From Nitrososphaerota archaeon (lineage in GTDB: Archaea > Thermoproteota > Nitrososphaeria_A > Caldarchaeales > Calditenuaceae): DNA of 64,000 bases. The stretch covers positions 128,001 through 192,000 of the forward strand of contig JAVQSZ010000002.1 in NCBI GenBank assembly GCA_033581555.1, read 5' to 3'. The notes beneath the pieces were generated by a model. It saw only the letters and a program-made list of their open reading frames with translations. It ran no database searches and had not been told where the DNA came from. The first letter of the stretch is position 1. Every line of letters begins with the position of its first letter. Shown here one piece after another: positions 8,977 through 19,127 of this stretch. The translations under genes were made by a program, and so were the position numbers.

Positions 8977-9567
8977 TCATTTGGTGTTAGGCGAGACCAT
9001 TATCTTGATCAGACCTCGGGAGAGCGTGTGGTTAAACACCTTAACTCCGTAGCTGTTGAGGATCTCCTTCACCGCCTCGAAGACCGCCTCTGTCGACTCG
9101 ATGGTCCCTCCGGCGCCCACGATCGTGATCTCCTTCGCGTTGTTACCGGAGTCCTTCAACTCTATTCTCTTGAGAGGGAAGAAGTAGACGAACAGCGTCG
9201 AGAGCGAGATGAGCTCGTCGAAGGTCTTCGCGTAGTCACGGGCGAGCGTCCCTACGTCCCTGCCGAGCTGCGCGAAGAGCGAGAGGAGCCTCTCCCTGTC
9301 GAGCCTGTAGAGCTCCGAGATTAGCATGTCCATGAAGTAGGAGGGCACGACGACCGCGTCGAAGTCCCTCAGGATCTTCTGGACCCTCCAGAGGTTCACG
9401 ATCACCCTGTCGCTCCCGCTCTCCCTGATCACCTGGATCGCCTGCTCGAGGACGCTGTTGCTGAGGGCGTAGACGCTCATCTTCCGCTCCTTCGCGAGGG
9501 AGGAGAGCTGCTCAAGGATGTCCCTCCGAACGGCGATCGTCGTCCGCCGGTTGAGAGACCCCCCCAC
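8977..9567 (-). CDS. Putative regulator with N-terminal ribbon-helix-helix-like domain
   Basis: RRTTIAVRRDILEQL..LAKER.MSVYAL.N.VL RHH pattern; C-terminal alpha/beta domain. Confidence 0.6.
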   Translation of the reverse strand: MGGSLNRRTTIAVRRDILEQLSSLAKERKMSVYALSNSVLEQAIQVIRESGSDRVIVNLWRVQKILRDFDAVVVPSYFMDMLISELYRLDRERLLSLFAQLGRDVGTLARDYAKTFDELISLSTLFVYFFPLKRIELKDSGNNAKEITIVGAGGTIESTEAVFEAVKEILNSYGVKVFNHTLSRGLIKIMVSPNTK

Positions 9568-9580
9568 GCCATTAAGAACG

Positions 9581-9598
9581 TGTATAGCAGGTTATACA
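9581..9598. promoter_or_regulatory. Palindromic operator candidate TGTATA-N6-TATACA
   Basis: Perfect 6-bp inverted repeat 14 bp upstream of the RHH gene start. Confidence 0.45.
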
Positions 9599-9682
9599 TC
9601 TTACCTCAGGTCTTATGCACGTCTCTGCAGTTCTTCGGAAACATCAATATATTCCTCGGTGATGGAGTTTTGTCGGCGCTAG

Positions 9683-9997
9683 ATGGTCGTCGACCAGAAG
9701 ACCATTAGGGACCTGGTCCACGAGGTCAGGGAAGGGATGAAGTTATGGTCCGCGCTCAGCGAGTCCGGCTCGCGGTTGGACTACGTCTTCTCCCAGCTGA
9801 CTGAGGCCGAGTCGACGCTCTGGTCCGCGCTGAACGAACCCTCGCTGCCGCAAGAGCTGAGGGTCGAGCTCCAGGACCTCCTGGGAAGGGTAAGGGCGCT
9901 CCTCGAGAGGGTAAAGAGGAAGATCGAGGAGAGCGGCGAGGAATGGGGCGACGCGGGGAGGAGCGCGGCTTGGAAGGGGCTCAAGAGGACGTACTGA
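9683..9997 (+). CDS. Hypothetical helical protein
   Basis: ORF with host-like codon usage overlapping the start of tldD. Confidence 0.55.
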   Translation: MVVDQKTIRDLVHEVREGMKLWSALSESGSRLDYVFSQLTEAESTLWSALNEPSLPQELRVELQDLLGRVRALLERVKRKIEESGEEWGDAGRSAAWKGLKRTY

Positions 9998-11412
9998 GAA
10001 GGGCGCTCGAGCTGGCCCTGCAGCGCGGCGCCAATTACGCCGAGGTCAGGTACCAGGGTGAGGTCAGGGAGTCCGTGGTTCTCAGGAACGGTTTCCCGGT
10101 GGCCGGCGGCACGACCGTCTCTAAGGGGGTCGGGGTCAGGGTCCTGGTCGAGGGCGCCCTCGGGTTCTCTTCGACGAACGTCCTTAGGCCAGCAGCCCTG
10201 AGGGAGGCGGTCGAGGAGGCCGTCAACCTGGCGAGGGCTTCAGCGAGGACGAGGAAGAGGCCGATCGAGATGGCTCCGGCGGAGATGGGGAGGGAGAAGG
10301 TCGTGGTGAAGCCCAGGGTGAAGCACGAGGATGTTGACGTCTCCGACAAGACCGAGCTCCTGAAGTCGGCCGACGCTGCAGTCGTTCAGGGCGCTAGGAG
10401 GCTCGGAGCTGAAGCGCCCTCGAGGTTCTTCAGCCTGTCCTGCGGCTACACGGTCAAGCACGTCATCAACTCGGACGGCGCCGACGTCTTCACCAGCATT
10501 CCTCGAGTGGCCCTGAGCCTCGTGTACCACGTCCACCATCAGGGCAGGTCGCAGATGCGGCACAAGGATCTCGGCGAAACTAGGGGCTGGGAGGGGGTGG
10601 AGCGGTGGAGGCTCGACGAAGAGCTCCTTGAGGACGCGGAGGGCGTCGCGGGAGCGGTGGTCAAGGGCGTGGCTCCGCCGGAGGGAGCGGTAGACGTCGT
10701 CCTCGGGCCAGAAGTCGTGGGGCTGATCTGCCACGAGTCAGCTGGTCATCCTGGCGAGGCCGACAGGATGCTCGGCCGGGAGGCGGCTCAGGCTGGCGAG
10801 ACCTACATCAAGCGGGAGCTGGTGGGCATGAGGATAGGATCCGAGCACGTCACAATCGCCGACGACCCGACCCTGCCCGGGTCCTACGGGTTCTACCTCT
10901 ATGACGACGAGGGCGTCAGGGCGAGGGAGAGGCTGCTGATCGAGAGGGGCGTGATCAAGGAGCTCCTCCAGAATAGGGAGACTGCGGCCGAGCTGGGGAC
11001 GAGCAGCAACGGGTCCTCAAGGGCCTCGAGCTACGACAGGGAGCCGATCGTCAGGATGGCTAATACCTACATGAAGCCCGGCAACTTCGGCTTCGACGAG
11101 CTGATCGAGGACGTGAAGCTCGGCGTTTACATCAAGACCTATTCCGAGTGGAACATCGACGACAAACGGTGGAACCAGCGTTACGTAGGGGTTGAGGCCT
11201 ACGCGATCCGGGATGGCGAGCTCGCGGAGCCGGTCTTCAGGCCGATCCTCGAGGTGACCACGAGGACGCTCTACTCGTCGGTCGACGCGGTCGGGAAGGA
11301 CCTCCAGATGACCGCGGGCTACTGCGGAAAGGGAGACCCGATGCAGGCGATCCCGGTCTGGTTCGGAGGACCCCACATTAGGCTCAGGTCGGTGAGGCTA
11401 CTCAAGGGTTAG
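9943..11412 (+). CDS. tldD: TldD/PmbA family metalloprotease
   Basis: HESAGHPGEAD zinc motif, YDDEGV, RMANTY, CGKG.P.Q. Confidence 0.9.
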   Translation: MGRRGEERGLEGAQEDVLRRALELALQRGANYAEVRYQGEVRESVVLRNGFPVAGGTTVSKGVGVRVLVEGALGFSSTNVLRPAALREAVEEAVNLARASARTRKRPIEMAPAEMGREKVVVKPRVKHEDVDVSDKTELLKSADAAVVQGARRLGAEAPSRFFSLSCGYTVKHVINSDGADVFTSIPRVALSLVYHVHHQGRSQMRHKDLGETRGWEGVERWRLDEELLEDAEGVAGAVVKGVAPPEGAVDVVLGPEVVGLICHESAGHPGEADRMLGREAAQAGETYIKRELVGMRIGSEHVTIADDPTLPGSYGFYLYDDEGVRARERLLIERGVIKELLQNRETAAELGTSSNGSSRASSYDREPIVRMANTYMKPGNFGFDELIEDVKLGVYIKTYSEWNIDDKRWNQRYVGVEAYAIRDGELAEPVFRPILEVTTRTLYSSVDAVGKDLQMTAGYCGKGDPMQAIPVWFGGPHIRLRSVRLLKG

Positions 11413-12055
11413 GGCAATCGTACTCAGTCGGGTCCTGGTATCCTACCCTCGCGAACGTCTCCCTCCTCTTCCTGCATCCGGGACAAGTGCCGCACTGCCT
11501 CTCGCCCTCGAGCCAGCAGCTCCAGGTCAGCTCCAGCGGGACCCCCAGCTCTATAGCGGTCCTCACCACCTCCTCCTTCTTCATCCCGAGCAGTGGCGCT
11601 ACGACCCTCAGCCTCCTCCAGGGGACCATCCTCTCGACGATGCCGTTCAGGGCCGCGATGTTCCGCTCCCCTACGTCCGGGAAGAGCGACGCGTCCTCGA
11701 AGACGTGCCCTACCACCGCCCTCTCTAGCCTTAGGACGTACGCATAGTACAGACCAACGGAGTAGAAGACGAGGTTCCTGAATGGGATGAAGGTGAGCGG
11801 GACGCCGAGCTCGGTCACCTCCCGCTTTATCCCCTCGTCTAGGTCCATCGCTTCCCGGATGAACTGGAGGTCCACTTCCAGGTGCTCGACGACGCCTGCG
11901 GCCCTCGCGATCCTCCTCGCGGCCTCCGCCTCCCTCTTGTTCCTCTTGTGGTAGTTCACCGAGAGCGTGACGACCCGGTCCGAGGACCTAGCCTCCATGA
12001 AGAGTGCCGTCGCGGAGTCTATGCCCCCCGAGAGCAGGACGAGGGAACCCGTCAA
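11402..12055 (-). CDS. queC: 7-cyano-7-deazaguanine synthase
   Basis: LLSGGIDSAT, P.RNL, TWSC......CG.C.GC..R. Confidence 0.9.
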   Translation of the reverse strand: MTGSLVLLSGGIDSATALFMEARSSDRVVTLSVNYHKRNKREAEAARRIARAAGVVEHLEVDLQFIREAMDLDEGIKREVTELGVPLTFIPFRNLVFYSVGLYYAYVLRLERAVVGHVFEDASLFPDVGERNIAALNGIVERMVPWRRLRVVAPLLGMKKEEVVRTAIELGVPLELTWSCWLEGERQCGTCPGCRKRRETFARVGYQDPTEYDCPNP

Positions 12056-12732
12056 GGCCCGGAAGTCCTCCCTGAAACGAGGACCTCTGAGACCGCTGAC
12101 TTCCCCATCCCCTCGCTCATCTCCACCCTGACGAGGAGAGGCGCCACGCCCAGGAGCTCCGCGACCCTCTTCGCGATGTGCATGGAGATGTTCTCGGCGG
12201 TCGACTCACCCTCGAGGAGCACGACCCTATCGGCTGGCAGGGTTAGTTCGTACTCCCCGCCCTTCCCAACGAACCTCAGCGTCACCCGGCCGTCGGCGGA
12301 CTCCGCGACGTACCTGACGGAGGCTATCAGCTTATGGTCGAGCTCGTTCAGGACGGACTTCAAGGCCCTCTTCAGCTCGCCGAAGTCGATCAGATACCCG
12401 CTAGTCCCCAGCCGTCCTAGGACCTCCAACGAGACGGTGGCAGTGTGGCCGTGGAGGGTCGAGCACTTCTCGATGTGCGGTAGGAAGTGCGAGTAGTCGA
12501 AGTTGAGGGACCCGTCCCTCAGCCTCAAGCCCACGAAGCCATCCGCGGAGAGTAGGGCGTGCCCCGAGATGCGTTCGCCCAGCCCCGTCACCGCCTCGAA
12601 CCTCCCTGAGTGCTCAATCCTGATCACGACGTTCGCGGTCTCGATCACGCTCGCACCATCCACCGTCTTGATCTCGTATCTCACCCCCTCCGACCTGAGG
12701 ATCAACCCTATCAGCTCCCGGAGCCCGAACAT
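12052..12732 (-). CDS. queD: 6-carboxytetrahydropterin synthase with N-terminal extension
   Basis: F..SH.L....KC..LHGHT, IDFG.LK....LDH, STAEN; about 65 extra N-terminal residues. Confidence 0.85.
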   Translation of the reverse strand: MFGLRELIGLILRSEGVRYEIKTVDGASVIETANVVIRIEHSGRFEAVTGLGERISGHALLSADGFVGLRLRDGSLNFDYSHFLPHIEKCSTLHGHTATVSLEVLGRLGTSGYLIDFGELKRALKSVLNELDHKLIASVRYVAESADGRVTLRFVGKGGEYELTLPADRVVLLEGESTAENISMHIAKRVAELLGVAPLLVRVEMSEGMGKSAVSEVLVSGRTSGP

Positions 12733-12771
12733 CGGGCCTCCCCAACTCCTCCAGTTAAAAAGTGGAGGCGG

Positions 12772-14355
12772 TCACCCGCAGAGGGATGGGCCCCAGACCC
12801 CAGCTACGTATCCCTCGCCGAACCTGCTCATCGTTACCGGGTTCATGAGGTTCTCGACGGGCGCGAAGCCGTCGGTGATCAGGACCGCGTCAGGCGGCGG
12901 GGATCTCACGACGAACGCCCTCGAGACGGCGCCCTCAATGCGGAGCGAAGATGCGACCGGGTCGGACCTCACTGCCTCAACCAGCGTCCGGGGTTCAGGG
13001 AGCGGCCTCTTCCCGAAGACCACGATCACGTTCTGGACGTCGAGCGGGTTGCCGGAGGATACGGGCACCACCAGCACCTCGCCCTTGAATACGTCCATCG
13101 CGGTCCTGACGTAGGCCCAGAGAATCGCGGACGCGGGACCCGAGAGCGAGGCGATGACGTTCGAGACCACGACACCTCCCTCGTTCAACCTCGAGCTGAG
13201 GACCTCGAAGAACTCCCTGGTCACCATGTGGAACGGAATGTAGTTCTTGGAGTAGGCGTCGAGGACCACCACGTCGAACAGCTCCTCGGTCAGGGCGAGG
13301 TACCTCCTCCCGTCCATCACGACGACCCGGATCTCCCGCTCGAACTCGTCGAGGTGGAAGTACCTCCTCGCGACCTCCACGACCTTCCCGTCGATCTCGA
13401 CCACCGTGACGAAGAGCCCCTCGTACCATTTAGCGAAGAACTTCGGGCCGGAGAAGCCGCCCCCTCCGACGAAGAGCGCATCCCTCGCGTTTGGATTGAG
13501 CAAGGGCCCTAGCACGAAGAGCCTCGTGTACTCGAAGGGCAGGGAAGCGGAGTCACCGAGCTCCATCCCGCTGTGGAGGAGCCCGTTGATGAAGAGGTGC
13601 CTAATCCCGGCGCTGTCGACCACGACTATCCTGGAGTACTCGGAGTCCGTGACGAGCCTTACCTCTCCGGCGAACGCGGCGGTACACGACAGCAGCGTCG
13701 GAGACGCCACGAGCACCACGAGGACCGCGGCCGCTGTCAGCGCGTTCACGGCCCTTCCCCTACCCCCTCCGATGAGCGCCAGGACGACCGTCATCAGACC
13801 CGTGGCGAGGAAGATCGCGTTGATCTCGGCGTGCTGAAGGAGGATGAAGGTGGTCGCGAAGGACCCGACGATGCTGCCCGCAGTCGATAAGGCGTAGACG
13901 TTTCCCGAGACCGACCCGATCCCTGATAGGCCCTCGGAGAGCAACCTCACCGCTGAGGGGACGACGCCGCCGAGGAAGACGCTGGGCACGCCGACCACGA
14001 CCGACCCCATTACGACCGATCCCAGCCGCTCGTCTAATCGGATCAGCACGGGAGAAGAGCCCACGACTGCGATCACGACGGGCAGCGCGGTGACGTATGC
14101 CCCCGCGGAGGTCATCATCGCGGCCATGACGGTCCTCGGGTCGAAGCGGTCCGCGAGCCTTCCGCCAACATAGTAACCCGCCGCGAGCGCGGACAACACC
14201 ACCCCTATCACCCCTCCCCAGACGACCGCGGAGCTCCCGTAGACCGCGTTCACGACCCTTCCGCCCGCTATCTCGACGATCATCACCGCTGCCCCCGACG
14301 CGAAGACCCTGACGTCCGTCAGTGCCCTGAGCGCGGCCAACCTGTCCTCCGTCAC
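12772..14355 (-). CDS. Fused membrane domain/spermidine synthase-like protein
   Basis: N-terminal TM bundle (F.SG..VM..EI..R), then GGGG SAM-binding loop, VVEID, DGR.YL, FD.V.LDAY; GTG start at 14355 inferred. Confidence 0.85.
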   Translation of the reverse strand: MTEDRLAALRALTDVRVFASGAAVMIVEIAGGRVVNAVYGSSAVVWGGVIGVVLSALAAGYYVGGRLADRFDPRTVMAAMMTSAGAYVTALPVVIAVVGSSPVLIRLDERLGSVVMGSVVVGVPSVFLGGVVPSAVRLLSEGLSGIGSVSGNVYALSTAGSIVGSFATTFILLQHAEINAIFLATGLMTVVLALIGGGRGRAVNALTAAAVLVVLVASPTLLSCTAAFAGEVRLVTDSEYSRIVVVDSAGIRHLFINGLLHSGMELGDSASLPFEYTRLFVLGPLLNPNARDALFVGGGGFSGPKFFAKWYEGLFVTVVEIDGKVVEVARRYFHLDEFEREIRVVVMDGRRYLALTEELFDVVVLDAYSKNYIPFHMVTREFFEVLSSRLNEGGVVVSNVIASLSGPASAILWAYVRTAMDVFKGEVLVVPVSSGNPLDVQNVIVVFGKRPLPEPRTLVEAVRSDPVASSLRIEGAVSRAFVVRSPPPDAVLITDGFAPVENLMNPVTMSRFGEGYVAGVWGPSLCG

Positions 14356-14455
14356 CGAGCCCAGATAAAAATGGGGTCTCCGAATCCGCGTGGAGGGGAA
14401 GCGCCAGCTCGCAACTACTAATTGACGGGCTGACGGCGATCCGCGGTAGGACCCG

Positions 14456-15112
14456 ATGAAGGGGGTCGAGAACAGGTTCGCCGAGGACATAAGGGCCCTG
14501 ATGGACGCGATTGGGTCAAGGTACGGCAGTCGGGCCAAGGACAAGCTCGTGGGGGTCGCGGAGAAGCTGATCGACCTCTACTCGAAGGGCGTGGTGAAGA
14601 TCAACCACTCGGTGATGGAGATGGTCTGTGCGGCCTACCTGGTCTCGAAGGGGTACGATGTCGACGTCGAGCACCCGCTCGCGGAGCCGCTGGTATGCGA
14701 CGTCTACGGCAAGAAGGGCGACGGGACGTTCATCGTCGAGATCGAGACAGGTTTCACTCCACCCGAGCACGCCCTTGACCCGCTCACCTACCTGAGGGCG
14801 AGGATCGTGAGCAAGGTGGCGAGGTACAGCGCCTACGCAGACCGGTTCGCCCTCGCGACCCCCCGGTACAACCTCCTCGAGATCCACCGGGCCATCGTCA
14901 AGCCGCCCTCCAAGAGGACCGAGGACGAGCTGGAGGAGATGAGATCCCTCTGCGACCTCTACTACTCGAGGCCACCGGTCTCGCTGGAGGAGCTGAGGAA
15001 CGCGAGGCTCCACTCGGTGATGGTGATCGAGGTCGACAGCCTCAGCGTCTACGAGTTCGACCCGGTCGAGTACAGGGATGGCGTGATCCGGAGCGGACTG
15101 TCGGGCTGGTGA
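14456..15112 (+). CDS. Conserved archaeal hypothetical protein, PD-(D/E)XK-like fold
   Basis: DVEH.L....CDV....GDG..IVEIETG pattern. Confidence 0.6.
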   Translation: MKGVENRFAEDIRALMDAIGSRYGSRAKDKLVGVAEKLIDLYSKGVVKINHSVMEMVCAAYLVSKGYDVDVEHPLAEPLVCDVYGKKGDGTFIVEIETGFTPPEHALDPLTYLRARIVSKVARYSAYADRFALATPRYNLLEIHRAIVKPPSKRTEDELEEMRSLCDLYYSRPPVSLEELRNARLHSVMVIEVDSLSVYEFDPVEYRDGVIRSGLSGW

Positions 15113-15116
15113 GCCC

Positions 15117-15932
15117 TCAGGCGGCCAGGAAGTAGGCGACGCCCACAACCGCACCAGTCAGCGCACAGATCGCGTTGACGACGTGGTTGTCCACGAACTT
15201 GAGCCCGGAAACGTGGACGGCCGTCTGGCCGCAGTGCTCGGGGTGCTCGACCACCGTGTTGCACGCGCTGCACCTGTATCTGCCCTGCAGGAGCTGACCC
15301 ACGACGCTGTCGACCGTAGTCCCGGCGATCGCGGAGAGCATCGTGGCCACCAAAAGCTTGAACGGATGGAGGGGGTTCGGGAAGCCGAACGCGTAGACGG
15401 TCCAGGTCAGGAAACCCGCGAGTGCCGCGCCGCCGTATCCGTAGAGCGTGACGCCGCCAGGCTCTCCAGGCCTGACTTCCCTGAACCCGACGATCGAGAG
15501 TACCTTGCCCCTGCTGAGGAGGCCGACCTCCGTGGCCAACGTGTCTGCGAAGACCGCGGCTACCGAGCAGACCATCGCCACCGAGTAGACATGGGACCTC
15601 GCCGGGTCGATGTGGTAGAGGATGGCAGCCCCGGCCGCGACGGACCCGTTCCCGAGCACGTTCCTCCAGCCCCTCACCCCGCCCTTCAGCTCCGCCGCGC
15701 CCAGCGCCCTCTTCCTCTCGTAACCGATCCTGGTGAAGACCGCGGAGACCGCGAGGAAGATGAGCAGCACCACGACCCCTCCCCTGCCGATCGTCAGGTA
15801 GACGGCGGCGCCCACGGCGAGCGCGGCCACGGTGCCCTCGAGGTCGAGGACCTTGGTCCTCCAGATCAGAACCCCGAGGAACGCGAGGACCGCGGCGGCC
15901 TCGAGGATCAGATACGGGTCAACGGGCGCCAA
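15117..15932 (-). CDS. DUF92/TMEM19 membrane protein
   Basis: R...NV.GNG, ADT.ATE.G, V.PG..GGVT..G, DS.VG..LQ..Y.C..C, DNH.VN. Confidence 0.88.
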   Translation of the reverse strand: MAPVDPYLILEAAAVLAFLGVLIWRTKVLDLEGTVAALAVGAAVYLTIGRGGVVVLLIFLAVSAVFTRIGYERKRALGAAELKGGVRGWRNVLGNGSVAAGAAILYHIDPARSHVYSVAMVCSVAAVFADTLATEVGLLSRGKVLSIVGFREVRPGEPGGVTLYGYGGAALAGFLTWTVYAFGFPNPLHPFKLLVATMLSAIAGTTVDSVVGQLLQGRYRCSACNTVVEHPEHCGQTAVHVSGLKFVDNHVVNAICALTGAVVGVAYFLAA

Positions 15933-17214
15933 CCCTGCTCACCACCTCTGACGTCAGCGACTCCAGCTCGAATTCCAGCTGCTCGCCGGTCCGCAGGTCC
16001 TTCACGGAGACCGTCCCACTCTCCCTCTCCCGGGGGCCGATCAACGCGACGAACCTCACGCCCCGCTCCGACGCTAGCCCCAGCTCCTCCCCGACCGGCC
16101 TGCCCGGGAAGGCTAGCTCGGCCTCTATCCCGGCCCTCCTCAGCAAGCCGGCCACCCTGACCGCGTAGAGCCTCTCCTGAGGCGTGACTGGCTTCACCAA
16201 CGCCGTGGGGCCCGAGGACGCGGCCTTGACTCCAGCCCTGTCGGTCAAGTATTGCATCACCCTCGTTATCCCGATCGCGACCCCCACTGCCGGGAAGTCC
16301 CTACCGCCGAAGAGACCTATCAGCCCGTCGTACCTCCCCCCTCCGGCCAGCGCCACGTTGGCTAGGGGGCCGTAGACCTCGAAGATCGTTCCGGTGTAGT
16401 AGCTGAGCCCCCTCGCGAAGCCCGGGACGAACCGGACTCTCGCTTCGCCGAGGAGCTCCCTAAGGGCGCCGTAGACCTCGATCAGCTCCTCAAGCTGCAC
16501 TCCCGCGCCCTCGACCCCGCTCAGTACCTCAGCGAGCTCACCGGGGTGCTCAACATCGCTCCGCACCAGCTCCCCGTAGACCTCGGCCGCGTCCGCAGAG
16601 TCCGACCTCGACCTCACTAGCTCGATCGCCTCCTCGGCCCTCCCTCTGTCGATCAGCGAGAGGACATCGTCCGCGCTGTCGCCCTCGATCCCGCACGCCC
16701 TCAAGACAGCCCTATGGACCCCGACGTGTCCCAGCTTAACCGAGAAGTCCGGTATGCCAACGGCCTCCATGAAGTCCCTGCAGATGAGGACTTGCTCGAC
16801 GTCGGCGTAGGGGTCCCTGACGCCTATGAGCTCGAACCCGGCGTGATAGAACCTCCTCCTCCTGCCCCACTGGGGCTCGTCGAGCCTGTAGCAGTCTGCG
16901 ATGTAGGAGAGCCTCTGCGGGAGGGGCCTCCTGCTGAGCCTCGAAGCGAAGAGCCTCGCGACGGCCGCGGTCATCTCGGGCCTCAGCACCAGCTTCCGCC
17001 CGTGCTGGTCCTCGAAAGCGTACATGTGGCTAAGGATCTCCTCGCCGCTCTTCGCCGCGAAGACCTCGAAGTGCTCGACGGGCGGCGTCTCTACGGGATT
17101 GTAGCCGTACAGCCTCATCACCGACCTCGCGACGCCTATCAGCCTCTCGTGGAGCGCGTACTCCTCCGGGCCGAAGTCGTCCATCCCCTTCGGGGGCTCC
17201 AGTGGTAACCTCAA
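15919..17214 (-). CDS. hisS: Histidine--tRNA ligase
   Basis: PKG..D, LRPEMT, R.DEPQ.GR.R.F, RGL.YYTG..FE, GGGRYD, C-terminal anticodon-binding domain. Confidence 0.93.
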   Translation of the reverse strand: MRLPLEPPKGMDDFGPEEYALHERLIGVARSVMRLYGYNPVETPPVEHFEVFAAKSGEEILSHMYAFEDQHGRKLVLRPEMTAAVARLFASRLSRRPLPQRLSYIADCYRLDEPQWGRRRRFYHAGFELIGVRDPYADVEQVLICRDFMEAVGIPDFSVKLGHVGVHRAVLRACGIEGDSADDVLSLIDRGRAEEAIELVRSRSDSADAAEVYGELVRSDVEHPGELAEVLSGVEGAGVQLEELIEVYGALRELLGEARVRFVPGFARGLSYYTGTIFEVYGPLANVALAGGGRYDGLIGLFGGRDFPAVGVAIGITRVMQYLTDRAGVKAASSGPTALVKPVTPQERLYAVRVAGLLRRAGIEAELAFPGRPVGEELGLASERGVRFVALIGPRERESGTVSVKDLRTGEQLEFELESLTSEVVSRVGAR

Positions 17215-17291
17215 CCCGCCGCGACTCCTCTGAGTCCCTATATGAGCCCTTACGGTTCGCGACCTCGCCTACTCCGCTGACGTCCACTGCC

Positions 17292-18128
17292 TCACCTCGA
17301 GGGGTGGAGGCCCATCGCCTCCCTGCCCTCGGGAGGGCGCGCGCCCTCGACCATCGCCGCGACCGCCTCGGGCGAGAGGTCCTTGAGGGCGCCACACCAG
17401 GGGCAGTGGAACCTGAAGACCGAGCCGGACCTCGCGGCCTCCTCGCACTCCTCCTTGGGGGGCAGGCCGACGTGTACCGCCTCCTTGCAGTGCTCGCACC
17501 TCAACGAGGAGATGAGGCCCGAAGGCCTGACGGGGACCTCCTCGATCAGCAACCCGGTGACCAAGTAAAGCCTCGCGACAGGGATCCCCAGCCCGCCCTC
17601 CTTCACCGCCCTCCTGAGCCTCTCGTTCTCGAGCTCCACCTCCCTCAGGAGCTCCCTTGCCTCCCTGAGACTTCTCTCGAGCATCGAGAACATCCAGACC
17701 GGAACGAACTTCTCCCTCACGGACTTCGCGATCAACTCCGCGAGCAGCGTCTTCACCCTCTCGAGCGTCCGGTCGTCGACGCGGACCGCGCCCGTCTCCA
17801 TCGACGTCCCCAGCTTCGCCAACAACATCCCCATCCTCTTGAGCGACTCGGGGCTGACCTCCCGGGAGTTGGAGAAGAAGAGGGCCAGCGCGTTGAACTG
17901 CTCCTCGACCTCCCTGAGCCTCTCGACCTCCTCGCGCTCCCTCCCCAACCTCCTCCTCACCTCCTCCTCTACTAGTGCGCTCAGCGAGCCAGAGGGTCCT
18001 CCCTTCAACTCGGCCCTGAGCCTGCTATACTCGAGGAGCACCTCCGCGGCCTCCTCTGCACTCAGCCCGGCCTCCTCGACCGCCTCCAGCAGCCTCCCGC
18101 ATCTCGAGTATGGAACGAACGCCTCCAT
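17292..18128 (-). CDS. Hypothetical coiled-coil protein with C-terminal zinc ribbon
   Basis: Glu/Arg-rich heptads then CEHC...CPWC. Confidence 0.6.
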   Translation of the reverse strand: MEAFVPYSRCGRLLEAVEEAGLSAEEAAEVLLEYSRLRAELKGGPSGSLSALVEEEVRRRLGREREEVERLREVEEQFNALALFFSNSREVSPESLKRMGMLLAKLGTSMETGAVRVDDRTLERVKTLLAELIAKSVREKFVPVWMFSMLERSLREARELLREVELENERLRRAVKEGGLGIPVARLYLVTGLLIEEVPVRPSGLISSLRCEHCKEAVHVGLPPKEECEEAARSGSVFRFHCPWCGALKDLSPEAVAAMVEGARPPEGREAMGLHPSR

Positions 18129-18288
18129 CCGTCAGCCCCCGCCCTCCCGCCGAGACCCGGTAAAATGCGCGACAACTCGTCCTGGTCTTTAGAGATCCGC
18201 AGGCCATTCCAGGGTATTACGCGGGTATTCTGGGCGCGACGGCGCGAGGAGCGCGAACCCTTTTCTCTAACTCTTCCGTCGATTGATA

Positions 18289-19119
18289 ATGTCCTACGAG
18301 TTCCCGCTGGTCTTCTACCACCCGGAGAGGAGGCTCGTAACGATCTCGGCGATCGTTGAGGGCGGGACCGGAGGACTGGCGGGACTTTTGGGGTTCTACG
18401 CTGCCAAGGGCGTCAAGGTCCTAGGGTTGGTGACCTGGGTCACCCTCTATCCGGAGCGGTCGGTGGGCCTCAACATAGTGGCCGACGTGACGGACGTGGA
18501 GGGGGATTTGAGCGACATCTTCGCGGAGATGGGACAGATCAGGGAAGTGGCTGCTATGACAGTCTACGAGTCCGGCGTCAAGGGCCTCGCGACCTGCCTC
18601 AAAGGGGGCTTCCCGACCTTCCTCGGCGAGAGGCTATTCGTGATGCCCCACGCGCTCTTCGAAGGCCTCTATCACACGATCTTCGAGTCGCTGGGCGGAT
18701 CGGCCTTCGCGATCCTGCGCCGAGCGGGCCGGAAGGTCGGGGAGTTCGCAAGGGCCTTTAGGGCAATAGTCGGAGAGCCGGTCGACCTGCTCCGCGTCAT
18801 GAACGAGATCTCGAGCACACTCGGACTCGCGCAGGAGATCAAGGTCATCTCCGTGGAGGACAACTCACTGAAGGTGTCCGTGAGGGAATTGGCCGACTGC
18901 GTGAGCATCTCGGACCTCAAGCCAGGAACCAAAACCGGCCACTTCTTCACGGGGGTCCTCGAGGGGCTCTTCGAGGGCGTGGAGGGCGTAGAGTACGAAG
19001 TCGAAGAGGTCGAATGCATCAACGCAGGCGGCGTCGCGTGCGTCTTCGAGGTGAGGAGGACTACGGGTGGCCCTCATAGAGGGCGAGACGCCTGGGGCGC
19101 TGCCCGAGGAGGGACCTGA
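18289..19119 (+). CDS. ACT + V4R domain protein
   Basis: N-terminal ACT-like beta-alpha-beta; C-terminal F..G.LEG.F....EVEC...G...C.FEV V4R motif. Confidence 0.8.
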   Translation: MSYEFPLVFYHPERRLVTISAIVEGGTGGLAGLLGFYAAKGVKVLGLVTWVTLYPERSVGLNIVADVTDVEGDLSDIFAEMGQIREVAAMTVYESGVKGLATCLKGGFPTFLGERLFVMPHALFEGLYHTIFESLGGSAFAILRRAGRKVGEFARAFRAIVGEPVDLLRVMNEISSTLGLAQEIKVISVEDNSLKVSVRELADCVSISDLKPGTKTGHFFTGVLEGLFEGVEGVEYEVEEVECINAGGVACVFEVRRTTGGPHRGRDAWGAARGGT

Positions 19120-19127
19120 CGCCGAGA

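Noticed and set aside
12733-12771. Inverted repeat CCTCCA...TGGAGG upstream of queD as a possible preQ1 riboswitch
   Set aside because: No preQ1 consensus or A-rich tail on the coding strand; the loop is the TATA box about 26 bp from the ATG, so the mRNA is probably leaderless
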